Shown here piece by piece: positions 53,968-62,970 of a stretch of DNA of 64,000 nucleotides. A program made the translations under genes and the position numbers. Each line of letters starts with the position of its first letter. Positions within the stretch are counted from its first letter, which is position 1. The notes beneath the pieces were generated by a model. It had not been told where the DNA came from. It was given only the letters and a program-made list of their open reading frames with translations, and ran no database searches. This DNA is from a candidate division FCPU426 bacterium (GTDB lineage Bacteria > Oederibacteriota > Muellerivitia > Muellerivitales > Muellerivitaceae): assembly GCA_963847625.1 (NCBI GenBank), contig CAWKAR010000049.1:44061-108060 (forward strand), in the 5' to 3' direction.

Positions 53968-54057
53968 ACAGAATTCAACTAAATCGTTTCTTCAGCTTAG
54001 GCAAGAAGAAATAAGTAGAACCATCAAGGTTTCTAGAAAAATATGGATCAGACGGTC

Positions 54058-54768
54058 CTAAAAATCCGCTATAAATTTTTTCAAGTAACTTTCCAAACTC
54101 ACCACCTGACGGTAACACTGGTAATAAGCGTCCGCCAGGAAAGCAAAATCCTTGTACGCGACGGGTTTATGCTCGATGAAGTCGAGGATCTCGAAGAACG
54201 TGGAATTGTGGATATTCTCGATTATCAGAATAAAATCCGTTTCCAGGTAATGCTCGTAAGTCAGGATTTTATCCATGGTCCGCCGGATCCGGTTTTTCTG
54301 GTGCTCCAGGTATTCAAACCAGTTGCCGAAACCCAAATAATCCAGCCGGGGGGAATGGTCGGAGGGATTGATGCGCTTGAAAATCTCATGGAAATCTTCT
54401 TCCGTCAAGCGGTTCACGTCACAGACATAATTGGCGGCCGTCATGAGGGAATAAAAGATTCCCTTGGTATCACTTAGGATGGCCTGGAGATAAGGCACAA
54501 TCACCCGGTGGATGTTTTTCCGGTTTTTGCGCTCAGGAAGATAAATCGTAAAGGTGTAAAAAACGAAGGATGAAATATAAGAAAGGGAGCACCAAAGAAT
54601 AATCTCGTTGCGGTTTGGGTTCCAAAGGTAAAGGCAAAAAGCGGCACCCAAAAGAACCACTAAAAACCAACACATTTTCCAGAAAAACCAGATTTCTTTA
54701 ATAACTGTTTTAAGAATTTTCATTTTTTCCGCTTTTGGAATGTGTTCACAGTTTAGTGGGCGATTCAT
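54058..54768 (-). CDS. Hypothetical membrane protein (AT-rich islet)
   Basis: Two N-terminal TM helices followed by a soluble helical domain. Confidence 0.7.
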   Translation of the reverse strand: MNRPLNCEHIPKAEKMKILKTVIKEIWFFWKMCWFLVVLLGAAFCLYLWNPNRNEIILWCSLSYISSFVFYTFTIYLPERKNRKNIHRVIVPYLQAILSDTKGIFYSLMTAANYVCDVNRLTEEDFHEIFKRINPSDHSPRLDYLGFGNWFEYLEHQKNRIRRTMDKILTYEHYLETDFILIIENIHNSTFFEILDFIEHKPVAYKDFAFLADAYYQCYRQVVSLESYLKKFIADF

Positions 54769-54943
54769 CCCTCATCAACGCTAATCCTTTATAAAAATAA
54801 AAAATCAATCCATCACGGATAGATACTCTAGAAATTAAAGGTTTTTTGATTGGTATTAATGCGGGAGAGAATGAAGAGTTTGATAACGGTACTTCTAGAA
54901 GCGATAATTCGCCTATTAATTCTTAATGAATAAATATCCAACC

Positions 54944-55996
54944 CCGAGTTCCATAAGTAAGTGCAACACTTAGTGTCTGAAGAAGGCCGCATGAATAGGA
55001 TATGCGGCTATGAAAAAGAAATACAAGCATTTAAGCGTTGAAGAAAGAGATCATTTATCCGTCTTGAAAGGAAAGGGTCTTAGCCTTCGAGCAATTTCAC
55101 GCGCCTTGAAGAGGTCTCCTTCCACCCTCTCCAGGGAACTCAAGCGCAATGCTCCCCCTATCCGTTCTGGTTATTATCTTTCTCATCGAGCCCATCAACG
55201 GTATGTTGACCGCAACCAACAACGAGCACGCCGTTTACGCCTGAAAACAAAACGAATTCGTGCCTACGTCCGTCGTCAATTGAAACGAGGCTGGTCTCCA
55301 GAACTCATTTCAGGTCGATTAGGTCACCTACGGCCTAAGCAAACCATTGGTCCTGAAGCTATCTATCAGTGGGTTTATGCTGAAGCCACTGAGCTGATTC
55401 CTTGCCTAGTTCGACACCACCGGCGACGATTCTCATTTGGCCATAGCCGTAAGCACGCCAAAAACCATATCCCAGGCCGTGTTTCCATCGATAAGCGCTC
55501 CGAGATCGCCAATCAACGCAAGCAATTCGGCCATTGGGAAACCGACACCATGGTCTCTCGTCAGAGTAAAGTGGCTATGCGGGCTCTCGTCGAGCGTCAA
55601 AGCCGTTTTTCCAAGTTGGGAAAGCTCAAACGAAAGACCGCTCGCCAAATGAGTCATAGCCTCAACCGCGCTTTATGCCGCTTCCCTCAAGACGCCCGCC
55701 TGAGTCTGACCTATGACAACGGAACCGAAAACACCAACCACTTGGAAACCAACCACGTGCTTGGTACAAAATCCTTTTTCTGCGCCCCTTTCCACAGTTG
55801 GGAAAAAGGTACTGTGGAAAATACTATCGGTCTTGTCCGCCGCCATTTGCCTAAAAAGACTGATCTTGCTAAAGTGTCCTTCAAAGAATTCAGGACCATA
55901 GAAAGATGGCTCAATAACAGGCCCAGGAAATGTTTGGGCTTTAAAACTCCGGCGGAAGTCTTCCGGCGAAGTGTTGCACTTACTCCGTGAATTCGG
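54944..55996 (+). mobile_element. IS30-family insertion sequence (1053 bp)
   Basis: 28-bp imperfect terminal IRs: CCGAGTTCCATAAGTAAGTGCAACACTT (54944-54971) and CCGAATTCACGGAGTAAGTGCAACACTT (reverse complement of 55969-55996). Target duplication is ambiguous (CAAC on both sides, offset by 1 nt). Confidence 0.93.
55010..55990 (+). CDS. IS30-family transposase
   Basis: YKHLSVEER…STLSRELKRN HTH, WSPELI, and DDE motifs GHWETDT / TYDNGTE / EKGTVEN, then NNRPRKCLG. The stop lies within the right IR. Confidence 0.96.
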   Translation: MKKKYKHLSVEERDHLSVLKGKGLSLRAISRALKRSPSTLSRELKRNAPPIRSGYYLSHRAHQRYVDRNQQRARRLRLKTKRIRAYVRRQLKRGWSPELISGRLGHLRPKQTIGPEAIYQWVYAEATELIPCLVRHHRRRFSFGHSRKHAKNHIPGRVSIDKRSEIANQRKQFGHWETDTMVSRQSKVAMRALVERQSRFSKLGKLKRKTARQMSHSLNRALCRFPQDARLSLTYDNGTENTNHLETNHVLGTKSFFCAPFHSWEKGTVENTIGLVRRHLPKKTDLAKVSFKEFRTIERWLNNRPRKCLGFKTPAEVFRRSVALTP

Positions 55997-56007
55997 CAAC
56001 ATTTAAA

Positions 56008-56361
56008 TTATTGCTCAATGACCACTAAGTGGTGTTTGACCGAACGCTTTTGATTGTGCTGGGACCAACAAGTCAAACAATGGTTCAAACCTTTCTCGTC
56101 GACGAAGATCGTGCCGATTTCCCCGAGGGTGCGACATTCGTCGCACTCAAACAAAGATTCCCCTTGTAAGCTTTTATCGTTCAAGAGCATGGATTTCCTT
56201 TCTTGAGCCTGAAATTTTTTCATTAAATTCATTTGGTTCATGCAGTTCCAGCAATGGTAACTTCCCTCTTCCTCGATGATATCAATGAAAAGTTCACCCA
56301 CAAACCGGCAACGGTCGCACTGGAATAACACGCTTTCCGAGAATTGGTCGAGTGTCAACAT
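56008..56361 (-). CDS. Small protein with two tandem CxxC…CxxC zinc-ribbon-like repeats
   Basis: FQCDRC…HCWNC and FECDEC…HCLTC. AGGAGG RBS. Confidence 0.75.
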   Translation of the reverse strand: MLTLDQFSESVLFQCDRCRFVGELFIDIIEEEGSYHCWNCMNQMNLMKKFQAQERKSMLLNDKSLQGESLFECDECRTLGEIGTIFVDEKGLNHCLTCWSQHNQKRSVKHHLVVIEQ

Positions 56362-56541
56362 AACTCCTCCTACCCCTTATCCATCAGGTCGGTCGGCATT
56401 GAGTCGGTATACAAGAACGTTGAGTGGGTGTTTTGCAGGGTTATTATCGGAAGTAATTATTAAAGGCAGGTTACAGGCGGAAACAAAGGGTGTTAAAAAG
56501 ACAAATGGGCCGAGGGTCTTTGAGTAAGCTCTAAATCAGCT

Positions 56542-56943
56542 TTATTTGAAGGCGAATTCCTGGTAATAACTGGTGGGCTTTTCAAACATGGGATAGGGCC
56601 GGTGATAACACAGTTTGGTACCGGCGGGGAAAAAATATCCCCATTCATTCTGGCAGGTATTTTGCCGGTAATGATAACGGTACTTGGATACATCTTCCGT
56701 CGTGACGAGACTCATTCTCCTGCCGGTCCGGTAATAAGGCTTCGTCTGCACGGCGGTATAGGTCGTAACCGTTTCGCTGGGCCAATGCCACTTGAAATGG
56801 GTTGTTTTAGTACTGCTGTAGAGGACATGGAGGGGCGGTCCGGCCCAAGCCAAACCTGAGATCGACAGCAATAAAGCGAAAATGATTGGTTTACACATCT
56901 TCAATGAATCTCTCCTTAATATAGACTCTATTCCTAACGGCAT
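56542..56943 (-). CDS. Small secreted hypothetical protein
   Basis: Signal peptide MCKPIIFALLLSISGLAWA. The true start is probably this internal Met, which has an AGGAG upstream. Confidence 0.65.
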   Translation of the reverse strand: MPLGIESILRRDSLKMCKPIIFALLLSISGLAWAGPPLHVLYSSTKTTHFKWHWPSETVTTYTAVQTKPYYRTGRRMSLVTTEDVSKYRYHYRQNTCQNEWGYFFPAGTKLCYHRPYPMFEKPTSYYQEFAFK

Positions 56944-57068
56944 AATTCCTTATTACTTGAATGATTTTCAACATACCCCTCAGCAAAAGCCTATATATAG
57001 TTGGTACTAAGGCTGTTATTACCAATAATTTCCTTTATTAAAGGCAACTAAAGCTTTTTCCCCATGCT

Positions 57069-58355
57069 TCAATGGCCACCGAATATTTCATTCAAGGTTG
57101 GATGGGGATGGACTACTTTTCCTAATTGGTCCAGGGTGGTTTCTTGCGCCACCAGGGCGCAGGCTTCCCCGATGAGATCGGTGGCTTCCGGACCGGCCAT
57201 TTGGAAACCCAGGATTCTTCCTGTGTCAGTGTCCGCGACCATTTTGCACCAGCCCTGGATTTCCCCCAGGATGCGGGCCTTGGAATTAGCCGCGAAAGCG
57301 TTCTTGCGGACCGTCACGTTTTTAAACTCCCTTTTAGCTTCTTCCTCGGTGTAGCCCACCGCCGCGATCTCAGGTGATGTGAAAACCACATGGGGCACTT
57401 TCCTCTCGTTCATTTCCTCCGACAGCCCTCCCGGTTTAAGGGATCCGGCCAGGATGCGCGCGTGTTCATAGGCCGTATGGGCGTAGGGATAATTTCCCGT
57501 CAGGTCCCCGATGGCATAGACGGCCGGTTGGGAAGTTTCCAAGTAACCATTGGTTTCAATTTTACCGTCCCGTGTTTTCAACCCTAAGGCGGGAATCCCG
57601 GCCAAGTCGGAATTGGGCATCCGGCCGACCGCGATTAAAACCATTTCCTCGTCTTTAGGCTTTATCTCAGAACCTAATTCCACCTCCACGCCCAATCTTC
57701 GGATCGAATTTAGAAGAAGTTGACCGAGTTCATCATCCATCGTCGGAAGGATCCTGGGCAAGATGTCCCCCAGCCGCACCCTAATCCCCAGTTGCGCGTA
57801 GAGGCACGCGAATTCCAAACCGATGACTCCTGCGCCAAGAATCAGCAATGTTTTGGGAAGCCGGGGTTGGCTTAATAACTCATCACTGGTCACGATATTC
57901 ACGCCAACCGGAAATTTCGAAAGGGTCTTGGGCCGCGAACCCGTGGCCAGGACCAAATTGTTTCCCGGGTATGGCATTCCATTGCATTCCACGAGGTTTT
58001 TGTCCTTCACCCAAGCTTGTCCCTGGATCACCTCCACCTTTTGGGTGGAAAGTTGGCTTACAATTCCCTTCTCCAGGATGCCTACGGTTTTGTGGATTCT
58101 TTCCACGAGTATTGGAAAATTGAAGCGTACATTATCGGCCTCGATGCCCCAGGCTTTGCCCTCTTTAGCCAAGGCATGGAACCGCGATGCCGCTGACTGC
58201 AGTAGCTTGGTGGGGATACAACCCACGTGCAGGCAGGCCCCCCCTATCTTATTTTTTTCAAAAAGCGCGACGGTCTTGCCTTGTTTCGCCAGGTTCAAGG
58301 CGCAGGTATATCCACCGGGTCCCCCGCCGACGATTAAAAAATCGTACTTATTCAT
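57069..58355 (-). CDS. lpdA: Dihydrolipoamide dehydrogenase
   Basis: GGGPGGY, GGACLHVGCIPTK, GAGVIGLE, HPHPTLNE. Confidence 0.93.
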   Translation of the reverse strand: MNKYDFLIVGGGPGGYTCALNLAKQGKTVALFEKNKIGGACLHVGCIPTKLLQSAASRFHALAKEGKAWGIEADNVRFNFPILVERIHKTVGILEKGIVSQLSTQKVEVIQGQAWVKDKNLVECNGMPYPGNNLVLATGSRPKTLSKFPVGVNIVTSDELLSQPRLPKTLLILGAGVIGLEFACLYAQLGIRVRLGDILPRILPTMDDELGQLLLNSIRRLGVEVELGSEIKPKDEEMVLIAVGRMPNSDLAGIPALGLKTRDGKIETNGYLETSQPAVYAIGDLTGNYPYAHTAYEHARILAGSLKPGGLSEEMNERKVPHVVFTSPEIAAVGYTEEEAKREFKNVTVRKNAFAANSKARILGEIQGWCKMVADTDTGRILGFQMAGPEATDLIGEACALVAQETTLDQLGKVVHPHPTLNEIFGGH

Positions 58356-58374
58356 TTAAAACCTTTCGGAAAAA

Positions 58375-59088
58375 TCATTCTATTCTAAGCGATTCAGAAA
58401 CTACGGTTGCGGGGAATTCTTTCTCAAACACGGCTCCGGCCTTCCCAAAGGCGTCCGTGATGGCTTTTTCAACAGCTTCTTGGCTTGTTTTAGAAAAATC
58501 CGGAGGATCGTTTAATCCGGCCATGAGACCGGCCTGGGTTCCGGGAAAAAGGGATTCCCATTCCGGGGCAACCGTCAGCAGGATGACCCCCTGCTGGAGG
58601 AAAATATTCTCGCGGCGGGCCTGTGCCCCTCCCGCAACTTTCTTGCCGCCCAGGGTCAACTCGGCATAAGAAGGCGCTGAAAAACAATGACCTCCCTGTA
58701 AACCCGCGTGTTTATCGGTGGAGAGTCGAACCTCCCGGCCCAACGTTTTCAAACCTTCAGCCAAAAACTCGCTGATTCTTCCGTAGCTTTCCATCAGATC
58801 CCCCCCCACCAATGGATTGGATTGGGAAGCGATGATGGAATAGCAAAGATCTCCTTTTCCATGAACAACCACCCGCCCGCCGGTGGGGCGGATTTCATGG
58901 GGAAAAGGAAGGTTTTCCAATTTGAGTTTTCGGGCTTCCAGGCGCCCGAGGGTCAAGGTGGGTTGGGCGAAACGGAAAAACCGGAGAATTGGCGGCTGGC
59001 TGGGGGCATAATTTTGAAATAATTTCGCGTCAAAGTCCATTTGGCCGGTCGCCGGCTGGTAGGAGGAAGGGATCAAACGCCATTTCAT
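58375..59088 (-). CDS. Lipoate-protein ligase / LipM-like octanoyltransferase
   Basis: ILRFF…TLTLG, RPTGGRVVVH, CF, KKVAGGAQ, LQQG. Confidence 0.85.
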   Translation of the reverse strand: MKWRLIPSSYQPATGQMDFDAKLFQNYAPSQPPILRFFRFAQPTLTLGRLEARKLKLENLPFPHEIRPTGGRVVVHGKGDLCYSIIASQSNPLVGGDLMESYGRISEFLAEGLKTLGREVRLSTDKHAGLQGGHCFSAPSYAELTLGGKKVAGGAQARRENIFLQQGVILLTVAPEWESLFPGTQAGLMAGLNDPPDFSKTSQEAVEKAITDAFGKAGAVFEKEFPATVVSESLRIE

Positions 59089-59176
59089 GGGACAATATTA
59101 AAATTTTACGGGTTCATTTGAAATTAAAATATATTGTATTCTTTCCCGTCTTATAAGCACCCTCCCGAAGCAAGAG

Positions 59177-59686
59177 TCAAGGGTCCAAACGCAATCCGGC
59201 TTGCCCGTCCACGTTTTTCCCCTGGATGAACAATAAACCCACCCGGGAAGGGCCTCTTCCCGGGGAGCCTTCCGGCAATCTGCCAGAAAAGGAACCGGGA
59301 TTGAAGAAGTAGGTTCCGCAGGCCTTCCGGGAAAAGGGTTCGAAATTTCCCCCGTACACGAGAATCTGGACCGGTTCCTCCTCGAATTGCTTCAACAGCC
59401 ATTGTTTCAACCCGTGGGGCTTGCCATAGCCGTGCACTAGGCCCATCATAAACGGGCCTTGCCGCCAGGTGATCCTCACATAGAGTTCAGAGCGCACCAT
59501 GGCGGTTTCGGCGTTCCCGCACACCGCCTTGGTAGGGGCGATCTTCTGCAGCTGTTCCAACACCCTTAGGTCGCCGACAGGCCCCGCGTGCAATATGGCA
59601 TCCACGCCTTTGAAAGCCTTGCGCAGAGCGTTTAATTGCTGCGTTGTCAATAAGCTCTGCGTATCCGCCAGAACCCCGAAAACCAA
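59177..59686 (-). CDS. YfcE/Vps29-like metallophosphoesterase fold, metal ligands degenerate
   Basis: GVLADTQ, ILHAGP, AVCGN, VHG, YGGNF, FNPGS. Confidence 0.8.
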   Translation of the reverse strand: MVFGVLADTQSLLTTQQLNALRKAFKGVDAILHAGPVGDLRVLEQLQKIAPTKAVCGNAETAMVRSELYVRITWRQGPFMMGLVHGYGKPHGLKQWLLKQFEEEPVQILVYGGNFEPFSRKACGTYFFNPGSFSGRLPEGSPGRGPSRVGLLFIQGKNVDGQAGLRLDP

Positions 59687-59819
59687 GGACGGCTCCTTTT
59701 TGACAAGCTCGTTATTTCACCCTAAACTAAACCACAATCCTCATAAAATAAAACTAGAATCTAGGGGCCCTCAATCATTAAATGAGGATTTAGCCGGGCC
59801 ATCCCTTATAAGGCCACAC

Positions 59820-61472
59820 ATGAAAATCGCGATTTGCCAGATTAATACCACCATCGGGGATTTTGATGGAAACGTGGATAAAGTTTCCCAATTCCTGAAA
59901 AAAGCCAAGGAATCCGGCTGCGACCTGGCTCTTTTCCCGGAATTGACCCTGACCGGTTACCCCCCACGGGATCTCCTGGACCGCTTCTCTTTCTACGAGC
60001 GTTCCCAAAAAGCCATCCAACAAGTCGCGAAACAAGCCGATGGAATTGTCGCGGTGGTAGGATCCATCGTCGAAAACAAGGGTCCGGGGCATCCGCTCTT
60101 CAACGCTGCCCTGGCCTTGCTGGACGGGCAGGTCCTTCAAGCTTATAAAAAAGTCCTCCTGCCCAATTACGACGTTTTCGATGAGGCGCGTTATTTCACT
60201 CCCGCGCTCTCCCCCGAGCCCCCCTTTACCTTCCGCGGCCTCAAGATCGCCCTCACCATCTGCGAGGACATCTGGAACATGGACGGGGTTTACTCGCGCC
60301 GGCTTTACACCCGGGACCCCTTGGAGGAAATAGCCAAGGCGAAACCGGACTTGCTATTGAACCTTTCCGCGTCCCCTTTCCACGCCGCCAAGCTTTCCTT
60401 GAGGGAAAGGCTCCTGAAAAACGCCACCCGCATCACCCAGGCCCCCGTGCTTTACTGCAACCTGGTTGGGGGGAACGACGAGCTGATATTCGACGGCTGC
60501 AGCATGGCCATGGACGCGGCCGGCAACCTTTTCCACCTCGGTAAAAGTTTCGAGGAGGATTTCTTCGTTTATGACACGGAAAACCCTTCATTAAAACCGG
60601 CGAAACCCCTGGAAAGCGAGATAGCCCGCATCTACCAGGCCCTGGTCCTGGGGACCCGGGACTACGTGAGGAAATGTGGTTTTGAGAAAGTCCTGGTCGG
60701 GCTTTCCGGAGGCATCGACTCGTCGCTGGTGGCTGCCATCGCGGCGGAAGCGTTGGGGCCTGAAAACGTCATGGGCGTCACCATGCCCTCTCCCTTTTCC
60801 TCCAAGGGTTCCATCCGGGATTCGAAGGAACTGGCCGGCGCTCTCGGCATCGAGTTCAAGGAAATACCCATCACCTCCCTTTTCCAGGAATCCTTGAAAA
60901 TCCTGAAACCCTTTTTCGAGGGCAAGCCGGAGGACATCACCGAGGAAAACCTGCAGGCCCGGCTGCGGGGTTTGATCCTGATGGCGTTATCCAACAAGTT
61001 CCACCGGCTGATCCTCTCCACGGGTAACAAGAGCGAGATGGCGGTGGGCTACTGCACGCTTTACGGCGATATGTGCGGGGGCCTGGCGGTCATTTCGGAC
61101 GTCCCGAAAATGCTGGTCTACCAGCTTTCCCGGTACGTCAACCGCAAACTGCCCTTGATACCCGATGACGTGTTCAGCAAGCCTCCTTCTGCGGAACTGC
61201 GGCCCAACCAAAAAGACCAGGATAGCCTCCCGCCTTACGATCTCCTGGACGGCATCCTGAGGTTGTACGTGGAGGAAAACCTGCCCCCCTCCCATATTAG
61301 GAAGGCCGGGTTTGACAGGCGGCTGCTGGAACAAATGCTCAAGCTCATCAACCAAAGCGAATACAAGCGTAGGCAGATGGCGCCGGGTTTAAAGGTAACC
61401 ACCAAAGCGTTCGGAATGGGTCGGCGGTTCCCCATCGCCCAAAAATTCACTGAGGATGCCGGCAGTCCTTGA
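59820..61472 (+). CDS. nadE: Glutamine-dependent NAD+ synthetase
   Basis: MKIAICQ start at 59820. Nitrilase triad motifs FPEL, K..LPNYDVFDE and ICEDIW; also GLSGGIDS and PPSAELRPNQKD. Confidence 0.96.
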   Translation: MKIAICQINTTIGDFDGNVDKVSQFLKKAKESGCDLALFPELTLTGYPPRDLLDRFSFYERSQKAIQQVAKQADGIVAVVGSIVENKGPGHPLFNAALALLDGQVLQAYKKVLLPNYDVFDEARYFTPALSPEPPFTFRGLKIALTICEDIWNMDGVYSRRLYTRDPLEEIAKAKPDLLLNLSASPFHAAKLSLRERLLKNATRITQAPVLYCNLVGGNDELIFDGCSMAMDAAGNLFHLGKSFEEDFFVYDTENPSLKPAKPLESEIARIYQALVLGTRDYVRKCGFEKVLVGLSGGIDSSLVAAIAAEALGPENVMGVTMPSPFSSKGSIRDSKELAGALGIEFKEIPITSLFQESLKILKPFFEGKPEDITEENLQARLRGLILMALSNKFHRLILSTGNKSEMAVGYCTLYGDMCGGLAVISDVPKMLVYQLSRYVNRKLPLIPDDVFSKPPSAELRPNQKDQDSLPPYDLLDGILRLYVEENLPPSHIRKAGFDRRLLEQMLKLINQSEYKRRQMAPGLKVTTKAFGMGRRFPIAQKFTEDAGSP

Positions 61473-61515
61473 CTTTCTTCCATTGGTTTTCCACTTCAAG
61501 CGCGAGGGTGATAAC

Positions 61516-61995
61516 TTGACAAAGAAAAACACAAAAAAACCGGTAGTCGAGCTGACTAAGGAAATCCATTTCGAGGCGGCCCATTACTTGCACAATCCGA
61601 AATGGGATCGGAAAAAGAACCTGGAAATCTTCAAAAAATGTTCCGGTTTCCGCAAGGACAATCCTAAAGCCATCGATTATCCCCACGGCCATTCCTACCG
61701 GCTTCAGGTGACGATTAAAGGGGTGATTCATCCCGAGACGGGTTTTGTGATCGATTTCAAAGCCCTGAAAGCCATCCTCGAGCAGAACATTTTCGTTTAT
61801 TTCGACCACCGCTTCCTCAATAAGGAAGTAGAGCCTTTTAAAAGCGTACCGTCCCTCCAGCCGACGGTGGAAAACCTTCTTTTGGTCATCTGGGAAAAAT
61901 TGGAGCTTTTGCTTCGGAAGGAAAAGGTGAACCTGCACGAAATCACTCTTTGGGAAACGCCCTCCAATTTCGCCAGTTATCGGAGACAGCATTAG
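61516..61995 (+). CDS. queD: 6-carboxytetrahydropterin synthase / PTPS family
   Basis: FEAAH, C…HGHSY, DHRFLN, PTVENL, LWETP. Likely TTG start at 61516 after GAGGG. Confidence 0.85.
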   Translation: MTKKNTKKPVVELTKEIHFEAAHYLHNPKWDRKKNLEIFKKCSGFRKDNPKAIDYPHGHSYRLQVTIKGVIHPETGFVIDFKALKAILEQNIFVYFDHRFLNKEVEPFKSVPSLQPTVENLLLVIWEKLELLLRKEKVNLHEITLWETPSNFASYRRQH

Positions 61996-62046
61996 TCCAA
62001 GGATTAGTTTTTTTTGTGCGAGAACGGCGGGGGGATCGGTTAGAAA

Positions 62047-62724
62047 TTAATGGAGGGAATCCGTTTCATCGGAACGCTCAATGCACTTCTCGCCATCATG
62101 GGTCAAAATATTCACCCAACCGCTCACCTGAAATCCTTCCATTTTTTCCGCGTCGAAGGGGCGAAAAAGCCTGCTGATCACCCGGAAATCCCTTACCTCT
62201 GAATCCAGCCAGACGTCATAATCTTTCTTCTCCAAAATCACCGGCATCCGGTCATGGATGACGCGCACCACCTCATTGGGGGTGGTGGTGAGGATGGCGC
62301 AGACTTCGCGGGTTTCCTCCGCCAGTTTTTGGGGCGCCCACAAACCCGCCAGGGCGAACGGCTGTCTGTTCTTGAGGCGGAAATAATAAGGCTGGGTTTC
62401 TTTGGCTTCGTGCCGCCACTCGTAAAAACCGTCTACCGGGATTAAACAGCGCCATTTCTCGAAGGATTCCTCCAAAATGGGTCTTTCACCGATTTCCTCG
62501 CAACGGATGTTGGCCAGCAAACGCCCCCCCTGCGACCAGGAGGCTACAAAACCCCAATGCAATAGTTTCAATATGCGCTTTTTTTCCTCAAGGGTATGGG
62601 TCACGACGGGGATAGTTTGCGACGGGGACACGTTATAGCGGGGGTTCCATTCGACCAGTTGTTCAACCTGGAACAATTCACCAATATATTTGGGAGAGCT
62701 TTTCAAGGCGAACCGGGTGTACAT
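62047..62724 (-). CDS. SOS response-associated peptidase (SRAP/YedK/HMCES family) lacking Cys2
   Basis: PRYNVSP, WG, RCLIPVDGFYEW, FALAGLW, IHDRMPVIL. The N-terminus is MYTRF. Confidence 0.9.
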   Translation of the reverse strand: MYTRFALKSSPKYIGELFQVEQLVEWNPRYNVSPSQTIPVVTHTLEEKKRILKLLHWGFVASWSQGGRLLANIRCEEIGERPILEESFEKWRCLIPVDGFYEWRHEAKETQPYYFRLKNRQPFALAGLWAPQKLAEETREVCAILTTTPNEVVRVIHDRMPVILEKKDYDVWLDSEVRDFRVISRLFRPFDAEKMEGFQVSGWVNILTHDGEKCIERSDETDSLH

Positions 62725-62787
62725 GGGAACATCATAAATTAACTGGGTTCAGTATGGGTATTCTTCCAACTCCGGAAAATACCCGCT

Positions 62788-62812
62788 AAAACCCCTTATT
62801 TTAAGGGTTTTT
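62788..62812. terminator. Possible intrinsic terminator hairpin
   Basis: AAAACCCCTTA-TTT-TAAGGGTTTTT, with T-tracts on both strands. Confidence 0.35.
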
Positions 62813-62970
62813 AATTATTTATAGAATTTATGGATGCCAAAAGGGCCATAATTCAGAAAAACCGGTTCTCTTTATTCATGATACAAGCCACCGTGAAACG
62901 ATTTTGATGTTTATTCCTTTATAGGGTTCAATCGGATAAACGAAGCTGTATTGAACGAGCTCGTCTGCTC

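Noticed and set aside
53968..54057. Glycine riboswitch upstream of gcvT (or gcvH)
   Set aside because: No GGAGA…CCGAAG…CTCTCAGG aptamer pattern was seen in the short AT-rich spacers.
59499..59819. N-terminal extension of nadE in the ORF track
   Set aside because: It overlaps the opposite-strand phosphoesterase gene; family similarity begins at ATG 59820.
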